A DNA stretch of 64,000 nucleotides from a cyanobacterium endosymbiont of Rhopalodia gibba (GTDB lineage Bacteria > Cyanobacteriota > Cyanobacteriia > Cyanobacteriales > Microcystaceae): contig CP067995.1 of the NCBI GenBank assembly GCA_045159875.1, positions 1,280,001-1,344,000 of the forward strand, in the 5' to 3' direction. This document shows positions 35,433 to 46,990 of this stretch, piece after piece. A program made the position numbers and the translations under genes. The notes under the pieces are model-generated. The model did not search any database. It was not told the origin of the DNA and saw only the letters and a list, made by a program, of their open reading frames with translations. Each line of letters opens with the position of its first letter. The first letter of the stretch is position 1.

Positions 35433-36119
35433 ATGGAAATTAATACAATTTACAACTCTAATTCAAGAAGAGCTGAACCATCAATACAAACTCAAGATAA
35501 TCATTGGCGTTCTTTAATTCTAGATTGTTCAATAGAGCATCAGAAGATATCAGACCAAGGATTACGGGCGTATATCACAGAGAAAGCTGAACAAGAAGAC
35601 TATCGAGGGGCTATTACTTTGCTTAACCAATTGATTAACCGTCATCCCAAAAGTGCTATGGATTACAATAACCGAGGGTTAATGTACTGTAAACAAGGAA
35701 ACTTTTTCAGGGCCATGGAAGACTTTGAACAAGCTATTATTCTCAACCCTTACCTCGACAAAGCCTATAATAATCGAGGCAACTGTCATGCTGATTTAGG
35801 TAACTTAGTCAAGGCGTTAGAAGACTACGAAATATCCTTAGACTTAAATCCTTATAATCAAAGAGCATGGATTAACAAAGGAATTACCTTACGAGAATTG
35901 GAATGGCACGATCTAGCCTTAGAAACCTTTGATTTTTCCTTAGTGATTGGAAAACCCCTTAAAGGAAGAATTTATGGAGAACGGGGATATACCTACTATC
36001 TTCGTGGAGATTGGAATTGTGCAACCGCAGACTATCGTCGCGCTTTATCAGAATTACTGATCGGTGATCCCTACATTAGTAAAGTCCAACGGCGGTTATC
36101 AGAACTTCTCAACTTTTAA
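35433..36119 (+). CDS. tetratricopeptide repeat protein
   Basis: repeated YNNRG and WINKG TPR motifs. Confidence 0.9.
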   Translation: MEINTIYNSNSRRAEPSIQTQDNHWRSLILDCSIEHQKISDQGLRAYITEKAEQEDYRGAITLLNQLINRHPKSAMDYNNRGLMYCKQGNFFRAMEDFEQAIILNPYLDKAYNNRGNCHADLGNLVKALEDYEISLDLNPYNQRAWINKGITLRELEWHDLALETFDFSLVIGKPLKGRIYGERGYTYYLRGDWNCATADYRRALSELLIGDPYISKVQRRLSELLNF

Positions 36120-36240
36120 GGGACCGATTACTTCAGAGTGATTGCTTACCGTTATACTTATAACTAATGTAATGACTTAAATAATATGTACAAATTTCAC
36201 TAAACAGTGTTGGAAGACGTACGAAAACTAGGTTTAATCC

Positions 36241-36434
36241 GCCAAACAACTGAGGACAGTCCCAGCTCTAGCTAACTACTGTGAAAGTAGAGATGGTTAA
36301 GCGGTTCGGATGAGTCAGTGATACCTGGATACGAGTCCGGGATAGTTCACTATTAAGAAAGAGTACCGTCCAACAGACCTTTCCCTATCAGGAAAAACCG
36401 CATCGGCATGACTAGGACTAGCAGGCTTTTTGGC
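36241..36434 (+). ncRNA. ssaA: 6S RNA
   Basis: GC-rich non-coding island with closing stems GCCAAA/TTTGGC and AGTCCCAG/CTAGGACT. It carries CTACTGTGAAAGTAG, GCGGTT/AACCGC and a 3' CGGCAT, as recalled for cyanobacterial 6S. Ends approximate. Confidence 0.8.
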
Positions 36435-36508
36435 AGCTAATTGTAAAGTAAGTAGTAAGATTTACTAGGGCAGTTTTGCCTTCGGAGTTTGTTAAGATTG
36501 GTAACTGA

Positions 36509-38815
36509 ATGACCCCAACTATTTCCCCTGATCAAGTTAATCAAATTGTCTACAACCTACACCATGATCCCTTTGAGGTGTTAGGTTGCCATCCTCTTAA
36601 TAACGATAGCTCTTCTCCTCAATGGGTGGTCCGCGCCTATTTACCAAACGCTCAAGCTGCTTGGATAGTATGTCCAGCCGAACGCCAAGAATATGAGATG
36701 GAAGCGGTTCATCACCCCAACTTTTTTGAATGTATTATTGAAACTTCCCAATTAAACAATTATCAACTGCGGGTCAAAGAAGGAGAAAACGAGCGAATGA
36801 TATATGATCCTTATGGTTTCTCTTCTCCTAACTTAACCGAATTTGATTTACATTTGTTTGCTGAAGGAAACCACCACCGCATTTACGAAAAATTGGGGGC
36901 GCATTCAGCGGAAGTTAACGGGGTAAAAGGGGTTTATTTTGCCCTGTGGGCTCCCAATGCTCGTAATGTTTCTATTTTGGGAGATTTTAACCAGTGGGAT
37001 GGACGTCAACACCAAATGCGTAAACGCCTCAATAATGTTTGGGAATTGTTTATTCCCGGGATTGGTGTGGGAGCCCACTACAAATATGAAGTTAAAAACT
37101 GGGAAGGCCATATTTATGAAAAATCTGATCCCTATAGTTTTTTTCAGGAAGTTCGTCCCAAAACTGCCTCTATTGTTGCCGATCTTGAAAGCTATCAATG
37201 GCAAGATGCTGACTGGATGGAGAACCGCCGCAATCAAGATCCCCTCAGTCAACCAATTTCAGTATATGAAGTTCATTTAGGTTCATGGTTACACGCTTCT
37301 TCGGAAGAAAAAACCCCTGTTCTTAATGGAGAATTAGCTCCTGTCCAAGTCTCAGAATGGAATACAGGAGCGCGTTTTCTCAGCTATTATGAGTTCGCGG
37401 ATAAGCTAATTGCCTATGTGAAGGAATTGGGGTATACCCATATTGAATTGTTACCCATTGCTGAACATCCGTTTGATGGTTCCTGGGGGTATCAAGTCAC
37501 CGGATACTATGCTCCTACCTCGCGTTATGGCCGTCCCGAAGATTTCATGTATTTCGTAGATAAGTGCCATGAAAATTCTATTGGGGTCATTGTAGACTGG
37601 GTTCCAGGTCATTTTCCTAAAGATGGTCACGGGTTAGCTTTTTTTGATGGCACTCACCTCTATGAACATGCTGATTCTCGTGAAGGAGAACATAAAGAGT
37701 GGGGGACTCTCGTCTTTAACTATGGACGTAACGAAGTTCGTAACTTTTTAGTGGCTAATGTTCTGTTTTGGTTTGATAAGTATCATATTGATGGCATTCG
37801 AGTAGACGCAGTTGCCTCTATGCTTTACCGTGATTATCTGCGAAAAGATGGGGAATGGATAGCAAACGAATATGGTGGACGGGAAAATCTAGAGGCCGCT
37901 GATTTCTTGCGACAAGTTAACAGTGTTCTTTATAGCTATTTTCCAGGGGTATTATCCATTGCTGAAGAGTCTACTTCCTGGCCAATGGTTTCTTGGCCTA
38001 CTTATGTCGGGGGACTAGGATTTAACCTCAAGTGGAATATGGGGTGGATGCATGATACACTCGACTATTTTGGGATCGACCCTTGGTTTCGCCAATTTCA
38101 CCAAAACAATATCACCTTTAGTATGTGGTATCACCACAGTGAAAACTATATGTTGGCATTGTCCCACGACGAAGTGGTACACGGCAAAAGCAACATGATG
38201 GGAAAAATGCCAGGAGATGAATGGCAAAAACATGCTAACGTACGCGCGTTATTTAGCTATATGTTTACCCATCCTGGGAAAAAGACCATGTTTATGAGCA
38301 TGGAATTTGGCCAATGGAGTGAGTGGAATGTTTGGGGAGATTTAGAATGGCATCTGTTGGAATATAACCCTCACCGACAGCTTAAACAGTTTTTTACTGA
38401 ACTAAATGCCCTTTATAAAAGTGAACCCGCCCTTTATGACCGTGATTTTGAAGAAGAAGGGTTTCAGTGGATTGATTGTAGCGATAACCGTCATAGTGTA
38501 GTGTCTTTTATTCGATGGAGTAAAAAACCTACAGAGTTTGTGATTGTTGTTTGCAATTTCACCCCCCAACCTCATAGTCATTATCGAATTGGTGTTCCTG
38601 AAGAGGGATTTTATACTGAGTTATTTAATAGTGATGCTAGGAAATACGGCGGCAGTAATATGGGAAATTTAGGAGGTAAATGGACTGATCAATGGTCATT
38701 CCATAGCCTTCCCTGTTCTCTTGATTTATGTTTGCCACCTTTAGGAGTTTTAATTCTGAAGTTAGATCGAACTAAGACTCAAACGATAGTAGAATCTAAG
38801 AATTCATCAGGTTAA
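36509..38815 (+). CDS. glgB: 1,4-alpha-glucan branching enzyme
   Basis: [32 protein letters not shown]. Confidence 0.98.
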   Translation: MTPTISPDQVNQIVYNLHHDPFEVLGCHPLNNDSSSPQWVVRAYLPNAQAAWIVCPAERQEYEMEAVHHPNFFECIIETSQLNNYQLRVKEGENERMIYDPYGFSSPNLTEFDLHLFAEGNHHRIYEKLGAHSAEVNGVKGVYFALWAPNARNVSILGDFNQWDGRQHQMRKRLNNVWELFIPGIGVGAHYKYEVKNWEGHIYEKSDPYSFFQEVRPKTASIVADLESYQWQDADWMENRRNQDPLSQPISVYEVHLGSWLHASSEEKTPVLNGELAPVQVSEWNTGARFLSYYEFADKLIAYVKELGYTHIELLPIAEHPFDGSWGYQVTGYYAPTSRYGRPEDFMYFVDKCHENSIGVIVDWVPGHFPKDGHGLAFFDGTHLYEHADSREGEHKEWGTLVFNYGRNEVRNFLVANVLFWFDKYHIDGIRVDAVASMLYRDYLRKDGEWIANEYGGRENLEAADFLRQVNSVLYSYFPGVLSIAEESTSWPMVSWPTYVGGLGFNLKWNMGWMHDTLDYFGIDPWFRQFHQNNITFSMWYHHSENYMLALSHDEVVHGKSNMMGKMPGDEWQKHANVRALFSYMFTHPGKKTMFMSMEFGQWSEWNVWGDLEWHLLEYNPHRQLKQFFTELNALYKSEPALYDRDFEEEGFQWIDCSDNRHSVVSFIRWSKKPTEFVIVVCNFTPQPHSHYRIGVPEEGFYTELFNSDARKYGGSNMGNLGGKWTDQWSFHSLPCSLDLCLPPLGVLILKLDRTKTQTIVESKNSSG

Positions 38816-38850
38816 TGATGAATAATCAATAGTAGAGCAAGAACTAATCT

Positions 38851-38874
38851 AGGGGTCAACAGTTGTTGATTCCT
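38851..38874. repeat. decayed REP-like palindrome between convergent glgB and tauE-like genes
   Basis: AGGGGTCAACAGTTGTTGATTCCT. Confidence 0.55.
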
Positions 38875-38905
38875 CATAATTTTTGAAAGTCGTTCATTCC
38901 CAATT

Positions 38906-39688
38906 TTACGTTCTGCTATAGCTTTGCCAAGCTTGCCAAAAAGTATAAACGGCTAGAATGCCCAACAGTCCATAAAAACAAAATCGAACCATTCTATCGG
39001 GTAACTTCGATAGAAGACTAGTACTTATTCGTGAACCAACTAATCCTCCGGCTCCTAATATAAGTCCAATAGGGAATAAAACATTTCCTTGTAAGGCGTG
39101 GCCTATAGTGGCAGAAATAGTGGTAATAACAATAACTCCTAAACTCGTCTGAATGGCAATTTTAATGGTTTCTCCTAAAAATAATATCTGTAGCGGAACA
39201 ATAATAACCCCCCCACCAATACCGAATAAACCTGCGAGAAATCCGGCGGTTCCTCCGGTTCCTAAACGAGCTATTATCGGAAGAATTTTGATGTTTTTAG
39301 TATAAGTAGAAGCTGGTCGGGTAGCTAACCGTTGACGTAAGTTTCCTAAAAAAATATTAATAATCAGTAAAATCCCCAAAGTAGTTAACAACATATAATC
39401 GGGAAGTAAATTAGCAGTATGTACTCCAAATTGAGCTGTAATTAAGGCTGGAGATCCTAAAAGGATAACGCGCTGTAAATCTAAATAACCCATACGCCAA
39501 TTCTGAAGACTTCCTGATAAAGAGGTAATAACAATGGCTAAACTACTTGTGGCAACAGCCTGTACGGGAATATAACCAATGGTTACTAATAAAGGAACTA
39601 ATACAGTTCCTCCCCCAATGCCTAATAGTCCAGCCAACAACCCCGAAAATAAACCACTAACAATTAAAATTAATAAATTATCTAGCAT
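38906..39688 (-). CDS. TauE/SafE family sulfite exporter
   Basis: duplicated GxxGIGGG..VP and A.ATSL motifs; multiple TM segments. Confidence 0.9.
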   Translation of the reverse strand: MLDNLLILIVSGLFSGLLAGLLGIGGGTVLVPLLVTIGYIPVQAVATSSLAIVITSLSGSLQNWRMGYLDLQRVILLGSPALITAQFGVHTANLLPDYMLLTTLGILLIINIFLGNLRQRLATRPASTYTKNIKILPIIARLGTGGTAGFLAGLFGIGGGVIIVPLQILFLGETIKIAIQTSLGVIVITTISATIGHALQGNVLFPIGLILGAGGLVGSRISTSLLSKLPDRMVRFCFYGLLGILAVYTFWQAWQSYSRT

Positions 39689-39798
39689 CTGGCAATTTCA
39701 GCACTCTGGTATTTCATGATTGATTGTAAGCATCAATAGTTATTAACTGAGTTATTAGTTTAAAATGGATCGTAAACTATCAACATATTCGAAAATTC

Positions 39799-40437
39799 AT
39801 GGATATTGGAGCCTTAAGAGAAGAATACACACACAATGGTTTATCTCGTGAAAACCTTAAAACTGAACCGTTTAAACAATTTGAAACCTGGTTTCAACAG
39901 GCTGTTAAAGCCGAGCTGCCTGAACCAAACGCCATGAGTTTAGCAACTGCTTCAGCTCAAAGTGAACCCTCATTAAGAACCGTTCTTTTAAAATACTTTG
40001 ATACTCAAGGGTTTGTTTTTTTTACAAATTATGAAAGCAATAAAGCTAAACAGATAGAAAGAAATTCCTCTGTTGCTCTCTTATTTCTTTGGCTTCCTCT
40101 GGAACGTCAGGTCAAAATAAAGGGAAAAGCCGCTAAAGTTTCAACGGCAGAATCCCTTAAATACTTTGTCACTCGACCAAGAGGAAGTCAACTAGGTGCT
40201 TGGTCTTCTTCTCAGAGTTCTATTATCTCTTCTAGACAACTTTTAGAAATGAAGTTTAATGAAATGCAGCGTAAGTTTGAGCAAGGAGAAATTCCCCTTC
40301 CTTCATTTTGGGGTGGCTATCGAATTGTTCCTCATTATTTTGAGTTCTGGCAGGGTAGACCTAATCGATTACATGATCGCTTTTGTTACAATCTACAGGA
40401 TAATAAAACTTGGGAGATTTACCGTTTAGCTCCTTAA
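39799..40437 (+). CDS. pdxH: pyridoxamine 5'-phosphate oxidase
   Basis: [26 protein letters not shown]. Confidence 0.96.
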   Translation: MDIGALREEYTHNGLSRENLKTEPFKQFETWFQQAVKAELPEPNAMSLATASAQSEPSLRTVLLKYFDTQGFVFFTNYESNKAKQIERNSSVALLFLWLPLERQVKIKGKAAKVSTAESLKYFVTRPRGSQLGAWSSSQSSIISSRQLLEMKFNEMQRKFEQGEIPLPSFWGGYRIVPHYFEFWQGRPNRLHDRFCYNLQDNKTWEIYRLAP

Positions 40438-40639
40438 AATTTTATGTCTTATGAAAAAACTTATTAAGATTAACTAATTTAATTTGAAAAAACTCAAAAA
40501 TTATAGTCTAGTATAGAAACTGTATTCTGGTGCTTTAGTCAAAATACATCAAAGGTGATGTCATTAGAGATCATTGTTAGAGGCAATTCCAATTTTTAGG
40601 TTTTATTTGAAACTTTACTTAGTTAATTTTAAAGATATA

Positions 40640-42010
40640 TTAATCTTCTCCTCGTCGCCGTTGAGATGTTCTTTCCTCACTAGTATCTTCAGCTACGACC
40701 TCATATAAAATAGCTAATCCGTTTTTGCTGGTTCCTTTGCGTAAAATTCGACCTAATCTTTGAATATACTCCCGTGCGGAACCTGTTCCCGATAAAATAA
40801 TTGCAATCTTAACTTCAGGAACATCTACACCTTCATTGAGAACATGAGAAGTGACTAAAGTCGTGTAAATTGCCTCTCTAAATCGAGTTAAAATCTCGTA
40901 ACGTTCTTTCACAGGAGTTTGGTGAGTAATGGCGGGGATTAAAAATTCTTGGGAAATTCGATAAACGGTGGCGTTATCATTAGTAAAAATCAAGATAGAT
41001 TCTTCGGAATGTCGGCAAATTAAATCCGTTAGTATTCTGAGCTTTCCATCAGTTCCTGCTGAAATTTCTTTGGCCTCCCTATGAGCCAACATCGCTCGTC
41101 TTCCTGAAGAAGATCTAGAACTTATTTTGACAAAAAATTGCCAATCATTTAAATTTTTCAAAGAAATATTAGACTTTCTTAAAAATTCATTGCGAATAAT
41201 GATCGCTTGTTTATATCTTTCTTTTTCTAACTCGGATAATTTAACTTTAATTTGAACGATTTGATATTGCGCTAAAGTTTTTCCCGCGAGATCTTTCACC
41301 CCTTTGTGATAAACTACCGGACCAATAAGAGTTTCTAAGTCCCGATGACTGCCATCAACCCTTTCTGGCGTTGCTGTTAACCCTAACCGATAGGGGGCAA
41401 TAGCGTATTCAGCAATGACTCGAAAAAAATCTGTCGGTAGATGATGACATTCATCAAAAATAAGAAAAGCATATTGATTTCCCAAGATTTCCGCATGAAT
41501 AGCTGCACTATTGTAAGTAGCGATTAAAATGGGAGTGTGATCACGCGACCCCCCTCCTAATAACCCCACCTCCACATTAGTAAACTCCTCCATAATTCGA
41601 GTGTACCATTGGTGCATTAAATCCAAGGTAGGAACCAAAATTAAAGTAGCCTTGGGAGTAGACTCTAGAGCTAATTGGGCTAAATAAGTCTTTCCCGCTG
41701 CTGTGGGAAGGACAACTACCCCTCGACGGTTATGTTCTTTCCAAGCAGCAAGGGCTTCAAGTTGATGGGGATAAGGAATTCGTTGGAAACTATGCTTTAA
41801 TTCTAATGAAATAAAAGCTTTCGCTTCATCAATAAAGTAAACTTTGTCAGCTTGTAGAGTCTCTACTAAAAGGTGATAGTGAATGGCTTGAATACGGAAT
41901 TTTCCGATGCGAACATCCCAAGTTGCCAATTTTCTCCAAGCTTTTCCCCTGGGGGGAGGATGAAGAATTAGAGTTCCGCGATCATATTTAAGTTTTGGGA
42001 AACAAGGCAT
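40640..42010 (-). CDS. SF2 helicase, XPB/Rad25-like
   Basis: LPTAAGKT, DECHH, LTATPER, QRLGRILR. Confidence 0.9.
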   Translation of the reverse strand: MPCFPKLKYDRGTLILHPPPRGKAWRKLATWDVRIGKFRIQAIHYHLLVETLQADKVYFIDEAKAFISLELKHSFQRIPYPHQLEALAAWKEHNRRGVVVLPTAAGKTYLAQLALESTPKATLILVPTLDLMHQWYTRIMEEFTNVEVGLLGGGSRDHTPILIATYNSAAIHAEILGNQYAFLIFDECHHLPTDFFRVIAEYAIAPYRLGLTATPERVDGSHRDLETLIGPVVYHKGVKDLAGKTLAQYQIVQIKVKLSELEKERYKQAIIIRNEFLRKSNISLKNLNDWQFFVKISSRSSSGRRAMLAHREAKEISAGTDGKLRILTDLICRHSEESILIFTNDNATVYRISQEFLIPAITHQTPVKERYEILTRFREAIYTTLVTSHVLNEGVDVPEVKIAIILSGTGSAREYIQRLGRILRKGTSKNGLAILYEVVAEDTSEERTSQRRRGED

Positions 42011-42180
42011 TTTTGGGAAGAGGAGGTGAGTTGGTCAAGACTAACAAAACTTAATTGTATCTAACATAATCATCAAGATGAAATGCTTAGGAACAGTTGA
42101 ATATTTTTTCCAAGAGTGAGATGAGACAAGCTAAAATGAAATTATTTGAAATTTTAGCGAAGGTTAAATACTTCATTCCC

Positions 42181-43545
42181 ATGACCCAAAGCTATCAACA
42201 AGGAAGTCTCGTTGAACTAGAAATTACTAATCTTAGTAACAGTGGTGATGGCGTTGGACATTTTGAAGGACGTGCTATTTTTGTTGCTGATACTGTAACG
42301 GGTGATCACGTCTCAGTCCGATTAGTTCACCTCAAAAAGCAATACGCCTACGGAAAATTACAGAAACTTCTCTCTCCTTCCCCACATCGTCTCCGTCCCT
42401 CTTGCATCGTGGCTGATAAGTGTGGAGGTTGTCAATGGCAGCACATCGATGAGACTTACCAATGTATCGTTAAACAGAACCACGTCATCAAATCTCTAGA
42501 GCATATTGGTGGGTTTGAGAATCCTCCTGTTGTCCCCATTTTAGCACAGAAAACGGGGCTAGGCTATCGTAATAAGGTTACCTATCCCCTAGGACGTTCA
42601 GCTACAGGCAACGTTCAAGGAGGCTATTTTCGCAAAAATAGTCATCAAATCATTAACCTTAACCAATGCCCTATCCAAGATTCTCGTCTTGACCGTCTCC
42701 TAGCCGAGGTAAAAAAAGATATTCAAGAACAAGGGTGGTCTATTTATGATGAAAAACGTCATCAAGGAAAACTACGTCATCTTTCTCTAAGGATAGGACG
42801 GCATACCGGAGAAGTACTTTTGACCTTGGTTAGTACCGACAAAAAATTGCAAAATGTTGATACACAGGCACAGACATGGTTAAAAAGGTATCCTGATTTA
42901 GTCGGAGTTTCCCTGAATCATAACCCTAATCGGGGCAATGTCATTTCCGGAGAAGAAACTCTAACTATTGCTGGTCGTTCCCATTTACGGGAAATTTTTG
43001 TAGGTCTCGAACTACACTTAGGGCCTGATACATTTTTTCAGGTCAATACCGAAGCGGCCGAAACCCTGATAAACAAAATTACTGAACAACTTAATCTAAC
43101 GGGAACCGAACAGTTAGTTGATGCTTACTGCGGTATAGGGACTTTTACCTTACCTTTAGCTAAACAAGTACAACAAATTATTGGTCTAGAAATTAACTCT
43201 AATTCGGTTACCCAAGCGAGGAAAAATGCCCAACTTAATGATATTAACAATGTTTCGTTTTTGCTGGGAACTGTCGAAAGCTTATTACCCCAAGTATCAT
43301 TCTTACCTGATATTGTAATTCTTGATCCTCCTCGTAAAGGCTGCGATAAATCAGTCATCGAAACTCTCAGGAACGTTCGACCATCTTATATCGTCTATAT
43401 TAGCTGTCAGCCACCAACCCTAGCACGAGATCTCCAAAGATTATGTCATGAAAAGGTTTATGAGTTAATTTGGGTACAACCGAGCGATTTTTTTCCACAG
43501 ACTGTCCACATTGAATGTGCAGCCTTGTTAAGACTCAATTCTTAA
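42181..43545 (+). CDS. rlmD: 23S rRNA (uracil-C5)-methyltransferase
   Basis: TRAM domain, CGGCQWQH, FFQVN, DAYCGIG, LDPPRKG, FFPQTVHIE; start 42181 inferred. Confidence 0.93.
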   Translation: MTQSYQQGSLVELEITNLSNSGDGVGHFEGRAIFVADTVTGDHVSVRLVHLKKQYAYGKLQKLLSPSPHRLRPSCIVADKCGGCQWQHIDETYQCIVKQNHVIKSLEHIGGFENPPVVPILAQKTGLGYRNKVTYPLGRSATGNVQGGYFRKNSHQIINLNQCPIQDSRLDRLLAEVKKDIQEQGWSIYDEKRHQGKLRHLSLRIGRHTGEVLLTLVSTDKKLQNVDTQAQTWLKRYPDLVGVSLNHNPNRGNVISGEETLTIAGRSHLREIFVGLELHLGPDTFFQVNTEAAETLINKITEQLNLTGTEQLVDAYCGIGTFTLPLAKQVQQIIGLEINSNSVTQARKNAQLNDINNVSFLLGTVESLLPQVSFLPDIVILDPPRKGCDKSVIETLRNVRPSYIVYISCQPPTLARDLQRLCHEKVYELIWVQPSDFFPQTVHIECAALLRLNS

Positions 43546-44036
43546 GTATGCTATGATGACAATGCGAGCTTTAACCGATGAAAGTATTTTTATCCATTTT
43601 TCCATGGTAGTTAATAGTTCTAACCTACTTTTTTATGGTCTTCAATTCTAGGATAATCTAATTTTATATCGCTTATCATTTATTAGTAACCTTATTAAAT
43701 TAATTTATTTTAGACAACCATGAACCAAGAATTTATTATAGTAGTGGGAGTGGTTTATTTCTTAATTGCTTTTCAAAAAAAATAATTAACATTATGATTT
43801 GACTATAGTGATGATAATACCTAAAATTCGGGTTGATTTATTTTTTAAAATTCTTAACCATGACTCATATAAATTATATCTTGATCCATATAGTTATATT
43901 TTTATAAAAGCTTAACGGGAGATCTGCTAAAGCCAAAACTGGCTAAGACTTGATTAGCAAATAACTATAATGTGACACAAACAAACATTTCAAAACAGAT
44001 GAGATTCTTAAAAGATTAACAAATGAGGTAAAACGC

Positions 44037-44486
44037 GTGATTTCTATTTCACTGCCTCCGACAAAGAAAAGCTGGACAACAATGAGCTTCACATCCACTC
44101 TTTATTTATGTCCAGTGCTCGACTTGTTGTTAACTAATATTCCTATTTATTTAAGACCAGAAATTAGGTTAGGTCTGCAAGAAGCTTTAGTTAATGCTGC
44201 TAAACATGGCAATAAGTTAGATCCCAGTAAGTCAATTGTAGTAAATTTTTCGGTGACTGAAGAAGGTTATTCCTGGGTAATTTCAGACGAAGGACTAGGA
44301 TTTACCCGTGGGTGCAATTATCATAACCTAACAGCCCAACATCTGCCGCCCGAAGAAGCTGAACATGGACGAGGGTTATGTCTACTCCACGAAATTTTTG
44401 ATCAAGTTTACTGGGATCAACATGGAACTCGTGTTAAATTGTGCAAGCAGGTGATTAAAAAAACAACTAAACCCTTGTTGACTTAG
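44037..44486 (+). CDS. pmgA: RsbW-like ATP-binding protein PmgA
   Basis: SFTSTLYLCPVLDLLL..RLGLQEALVNAAKHGN, GRGL HATPase motifs. Confidence 0.75.
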   Translation: MISISLPPTKKSWTTMSFTSTLYLCPVLDLLLTNIPIYLRPEIRLGLQEALVNAAKHGNKLDPSKSIVVNFSVTEEGYSWVISDEGLGFTRGCNYHNLTAQHLPPEEAEHGRGLCLLHEIFDQVYWDQHGTRVKLCKQVIKKTTKPLLT

Positions 44487-44793
44487 ATAGTTGGGGATTT
44501 CCAGGTTGAGTTACAGTTGAAGTCTCATGACCTGGACAAGGAAAAGCAGAAATAGAACGATCTAACCAACCAACTGCTTGAGTCAAATGGTCTAGGGCTT
44601 CTTGTGATTTATCTTTGAGTAAAAAAACCAGTGCAGAGGCTATTTGTTGCTGAGCTTGCGCTTTACGGTTGTTTTTGAGGCGATGCCAATCATTGGGTGT
44701 AATAGCAAGTTGTTCAGCTAATGCCTGGGCAAGTTCTAGAGAACTGATGGTTTTATCTTGTCTAGGGTTAGAAACTTGAGTGATTTGAGACAT
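44467..44793 (-). CDS. conserved cyanobacterial protein (DUF6439-like)
   Basis: LAQALAEQLAITPNDWHRLK..AVGWLDRSISAFPCPGH; probable ATG 44793. Confidence 0.75.
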   Translation of the reverse strand: MSQITQVSNPRQDKTISSLELAQALAEQLAITPNDWHRLKNNRKAQAQQQIASALVFLLKDKSQEALDHLTQAVGWLDRSISAFPCPGHETSTVTQPGNPQLSKSTRV

Positions 44794-44993
44794 AAGAAGT
44801 CTAGGGTTTAAAATTAGAAGATTAGAAGGCGTAGAACTATTGCGTGGCCCGTCAGCAAAGATACGAGTCAACCAGGTTACTTGTTAAAGAAAGGTTTTAG
44901 CAGTTGCGTTGTACCTAACTTTAATTAGTTAATACCGACGGCGCCGCGACTACTATGCTTTACTCTTTAGTGTAACCAATAATTGTCTTTAGT

Positions 44994-45334
44994 ATGTTTT
45001 GAGTCAAGTCGAAACAGCCAAAGGGTGAGTATGAGGATTTTGAGGATTTTGAAGCGTTTGAAGCGGCCCTGAAAAATACACAGTTATCTCTCATAGAAAT
45101 CAAAGAAGGCTAGCAACAAATTTGACAAGTATAAATTTGACAATACTTTATGGGAGATTCTTTTTTAAGAGAATTTTTTCTCCGTTTATTCGGATAAACA
45201 ATAAAAATAGACTGTCTTCTAAAAAAGAAAATCAAACATTAATTTTTTTAGAAAGTTTTATTTGTTAAAATTTTTGGCAATTTGTCTATTTTAGTGCTGT
45301 GAGAGTTATTTTAAGATGGTTATTAAAAAATTGA
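44994..45334 (+). pseudogene. relic of a cyanobacterial coiled-coil/C-terminal TM hypothetical gene
   Basis: MF*VKSKQPKGEYEDFEDFEAFEAALKNTQLSLIEIKEG*..LESFIC*NFWQFVYFSAVRVILRWLLKN*, resembling the FWQAVRFGGLGIIIGWILK family. Confidence 0.5.
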
Positions 45335-45359
45335 TTTAGTTAATAGTTGACGGTTAATT

Positions 45360-46055
45360 ATGACTACATTTATTCGGTTTAAAAATCAAGCGTTACTAGA
45401 CTGTGCGTTAACCCACCGCTCTTATGTTAACGAACATCGTGACGTTACAGAACATAATGAACGTTTAGAATTTTTGGGTGATGCAGTATTACAATTTGTC
45501 GTAAGTGAAGAACTCTATCGCCGCTATCCTGAATTAAGCGAGGCACAATTGACACGTTTGCGGTCAAAATTAGTTGATGAACCCCAATTAGCTCAATTTG
45601 CAAAGGTCATAGACTTAGGAAAATTTATGTATCTTGGACAAGGGGCGATCAAAGATGGGGGACAAAACAATCCTGCTTTATTGAGTGATACCTTTGAAGC
45701 TATAGTAGGAGCATATTTTCTTGATGCAGGAATAGAAGCAGTACAAAGGTTTGTGCGCTCACTCTTTAAAGATACAATTGATACTCTAATGATCCCTGAG
45801 TCAAAAAAAGTTTCTAGTCAAATTATCGATGTCAAGAATCGTCTTCAAGAATGGACATTAGCTAGCTACAAGAAAGTTCCTGAATATTTTTTAATTGAGG
45901 AATTAGGACCTGATCATGCAAAAGAGTTTATTTTCGGTGTACAAATTAATGATCAACTATTAGGGACAGGAAAAGGTCGCCGTAAACAGGAAGCGACTAA
46001 AGCCGCTGCCCAAGATGCTTTAAATAAATTATCAATTTTTGATGAGTTAGGATAA
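45360..46055 (+). CDS. rnc: ribonuclease III
   Basis: NERLEFLGDAVL, DTFEAIVGA, C-terminal dsRBD. Confidence 0.96.
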   Translation: MTTFIRFKNQALLDCALTHRSYVNEHRDVTEHNERLEFLGDAVLQFVVSEELYRRYPELSEAQLTRLRSKLVDEPQLAQFAKVIDLGKFMYLGQGAIKDGGQNNPALLSDTFEAIVGAYFLDAGIEAVQRFVRSLFKDTIDTLMIPESKKVSSQIIDVKNRLQEWTLASYKKVPEYFLIEELGPDHAKEFIFGVQINDQLLGTGKGRRKQEATKAAAQDALNKLSIFDELG

Positions 46056-46066
46056 ATTATTAATTC

Positions 46067-46951
46067 TTAGAAAGTATGATTTTGAGAGATTTTTAAATTA
46101 ATAATAGACAGTATAAAAATCATTAAAAATAGGATTAATCCCATAGTACAAGCATAATTAATCTCTAGATCTTGAAAAGCTTTTTCATACAAATAATAAA
46201 CAATAGTTTTAGAACTATTTCTGGGTCCTCCTTGAGTCATAATATAAATTTCTTCAAATACTTTAGTCGCCGCAATAGCAGAAATGACCCCAACTAATAG
46301 TAAATAAGGGCGCATTAAAGGAATAGTTATATCCCAGTGTTTGCGCAAACCGTCTGAACCGTCGATAGCAGCAGCTTCATATAATTCATTAGGAATTGAT
46401 TGTAGTCCCGCTAAATAAATAACCATGTAATAACCTAGTCCTTTCCAAATAGTAACTGCCATGACGCTAAAAATAGCAATTTTGGGACTTGTTAACCAAG
46501 AAATTCCTTCAGAAAATCCAAATTCTTGGAGAAATTGATTAAGCAATCCCTTAGAAAGATAAAGAGCTTTCCAAGCAATACCAGCTACCACCATAGAGAT
46601 AACGACAGGAGTATAAAAAGCGACTCTAAACAAACTAATTCCTCGGATTCTTTTATTGACTAATATAGCTAACCCTAGGGGGACGGTTACTAAAACAGGA
46701 ACAACGACTATTAAGTATAAAAAAGTGTTATAGAGAGTTTTCCAATACGCAGGATCTTTAGCCAAACGTTGAAAATTCTCTAATCCAATCCACTTTGGTG
46801 CTTGGGTGATATCATAATCGTACTGGGTAAAACTTAAGGTAAAAGCTTGCAATGCTGGAAAAAGCACAGTCATTCCCAACACTAAAATAGCTGGAAATAA
46901 GAATAAATAGGGAGTAATTTTAGACATAATTTTTAGTTTGCTTGTTAGCAT
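46067..46951 (-). CDS. carbohydrate ABC transporter permease
   Basis: YLAGLQSIPNELYEAAAIDG EAA loop, MTQGGP. Confidence 0.93.
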   Translation of the reverse strand: MLTSKLKIMSKITPYLFLFPAILVLGMTVLFPALQAFTLSFTQYDYDITQAPKWIGLENFQRLAKDPAYWKTLYNTFLYLIVVVPVLVTVPLGLAILVNKRIRGISLFRVAFYTPVVISMVVAGIAWKALYLSKGLLNQFLQEFGFSEGISWLTSPKIAIFSVMAVTIWKGLGYYMVIYLAGLQSIPNELYEAAAIDGSDGLRKHWDITIPLMRPYLLLVGVISAIAATKVFEEIYIMTQGGPRNSSKTIVYYLYEKAFQDLEINYACTMGLILFLMIFILSIINLKISQNHTF

Positions 46952-46990
46952 TAATTATGCTCCTACCTATCAGGTAACTTGTATAATTGA

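Noticed and set aside
40440..40639. DUF790 partner expected after the XPB-like helicase
   Set aside because: No recognisable remnant; it may lie elsewhere in the genome
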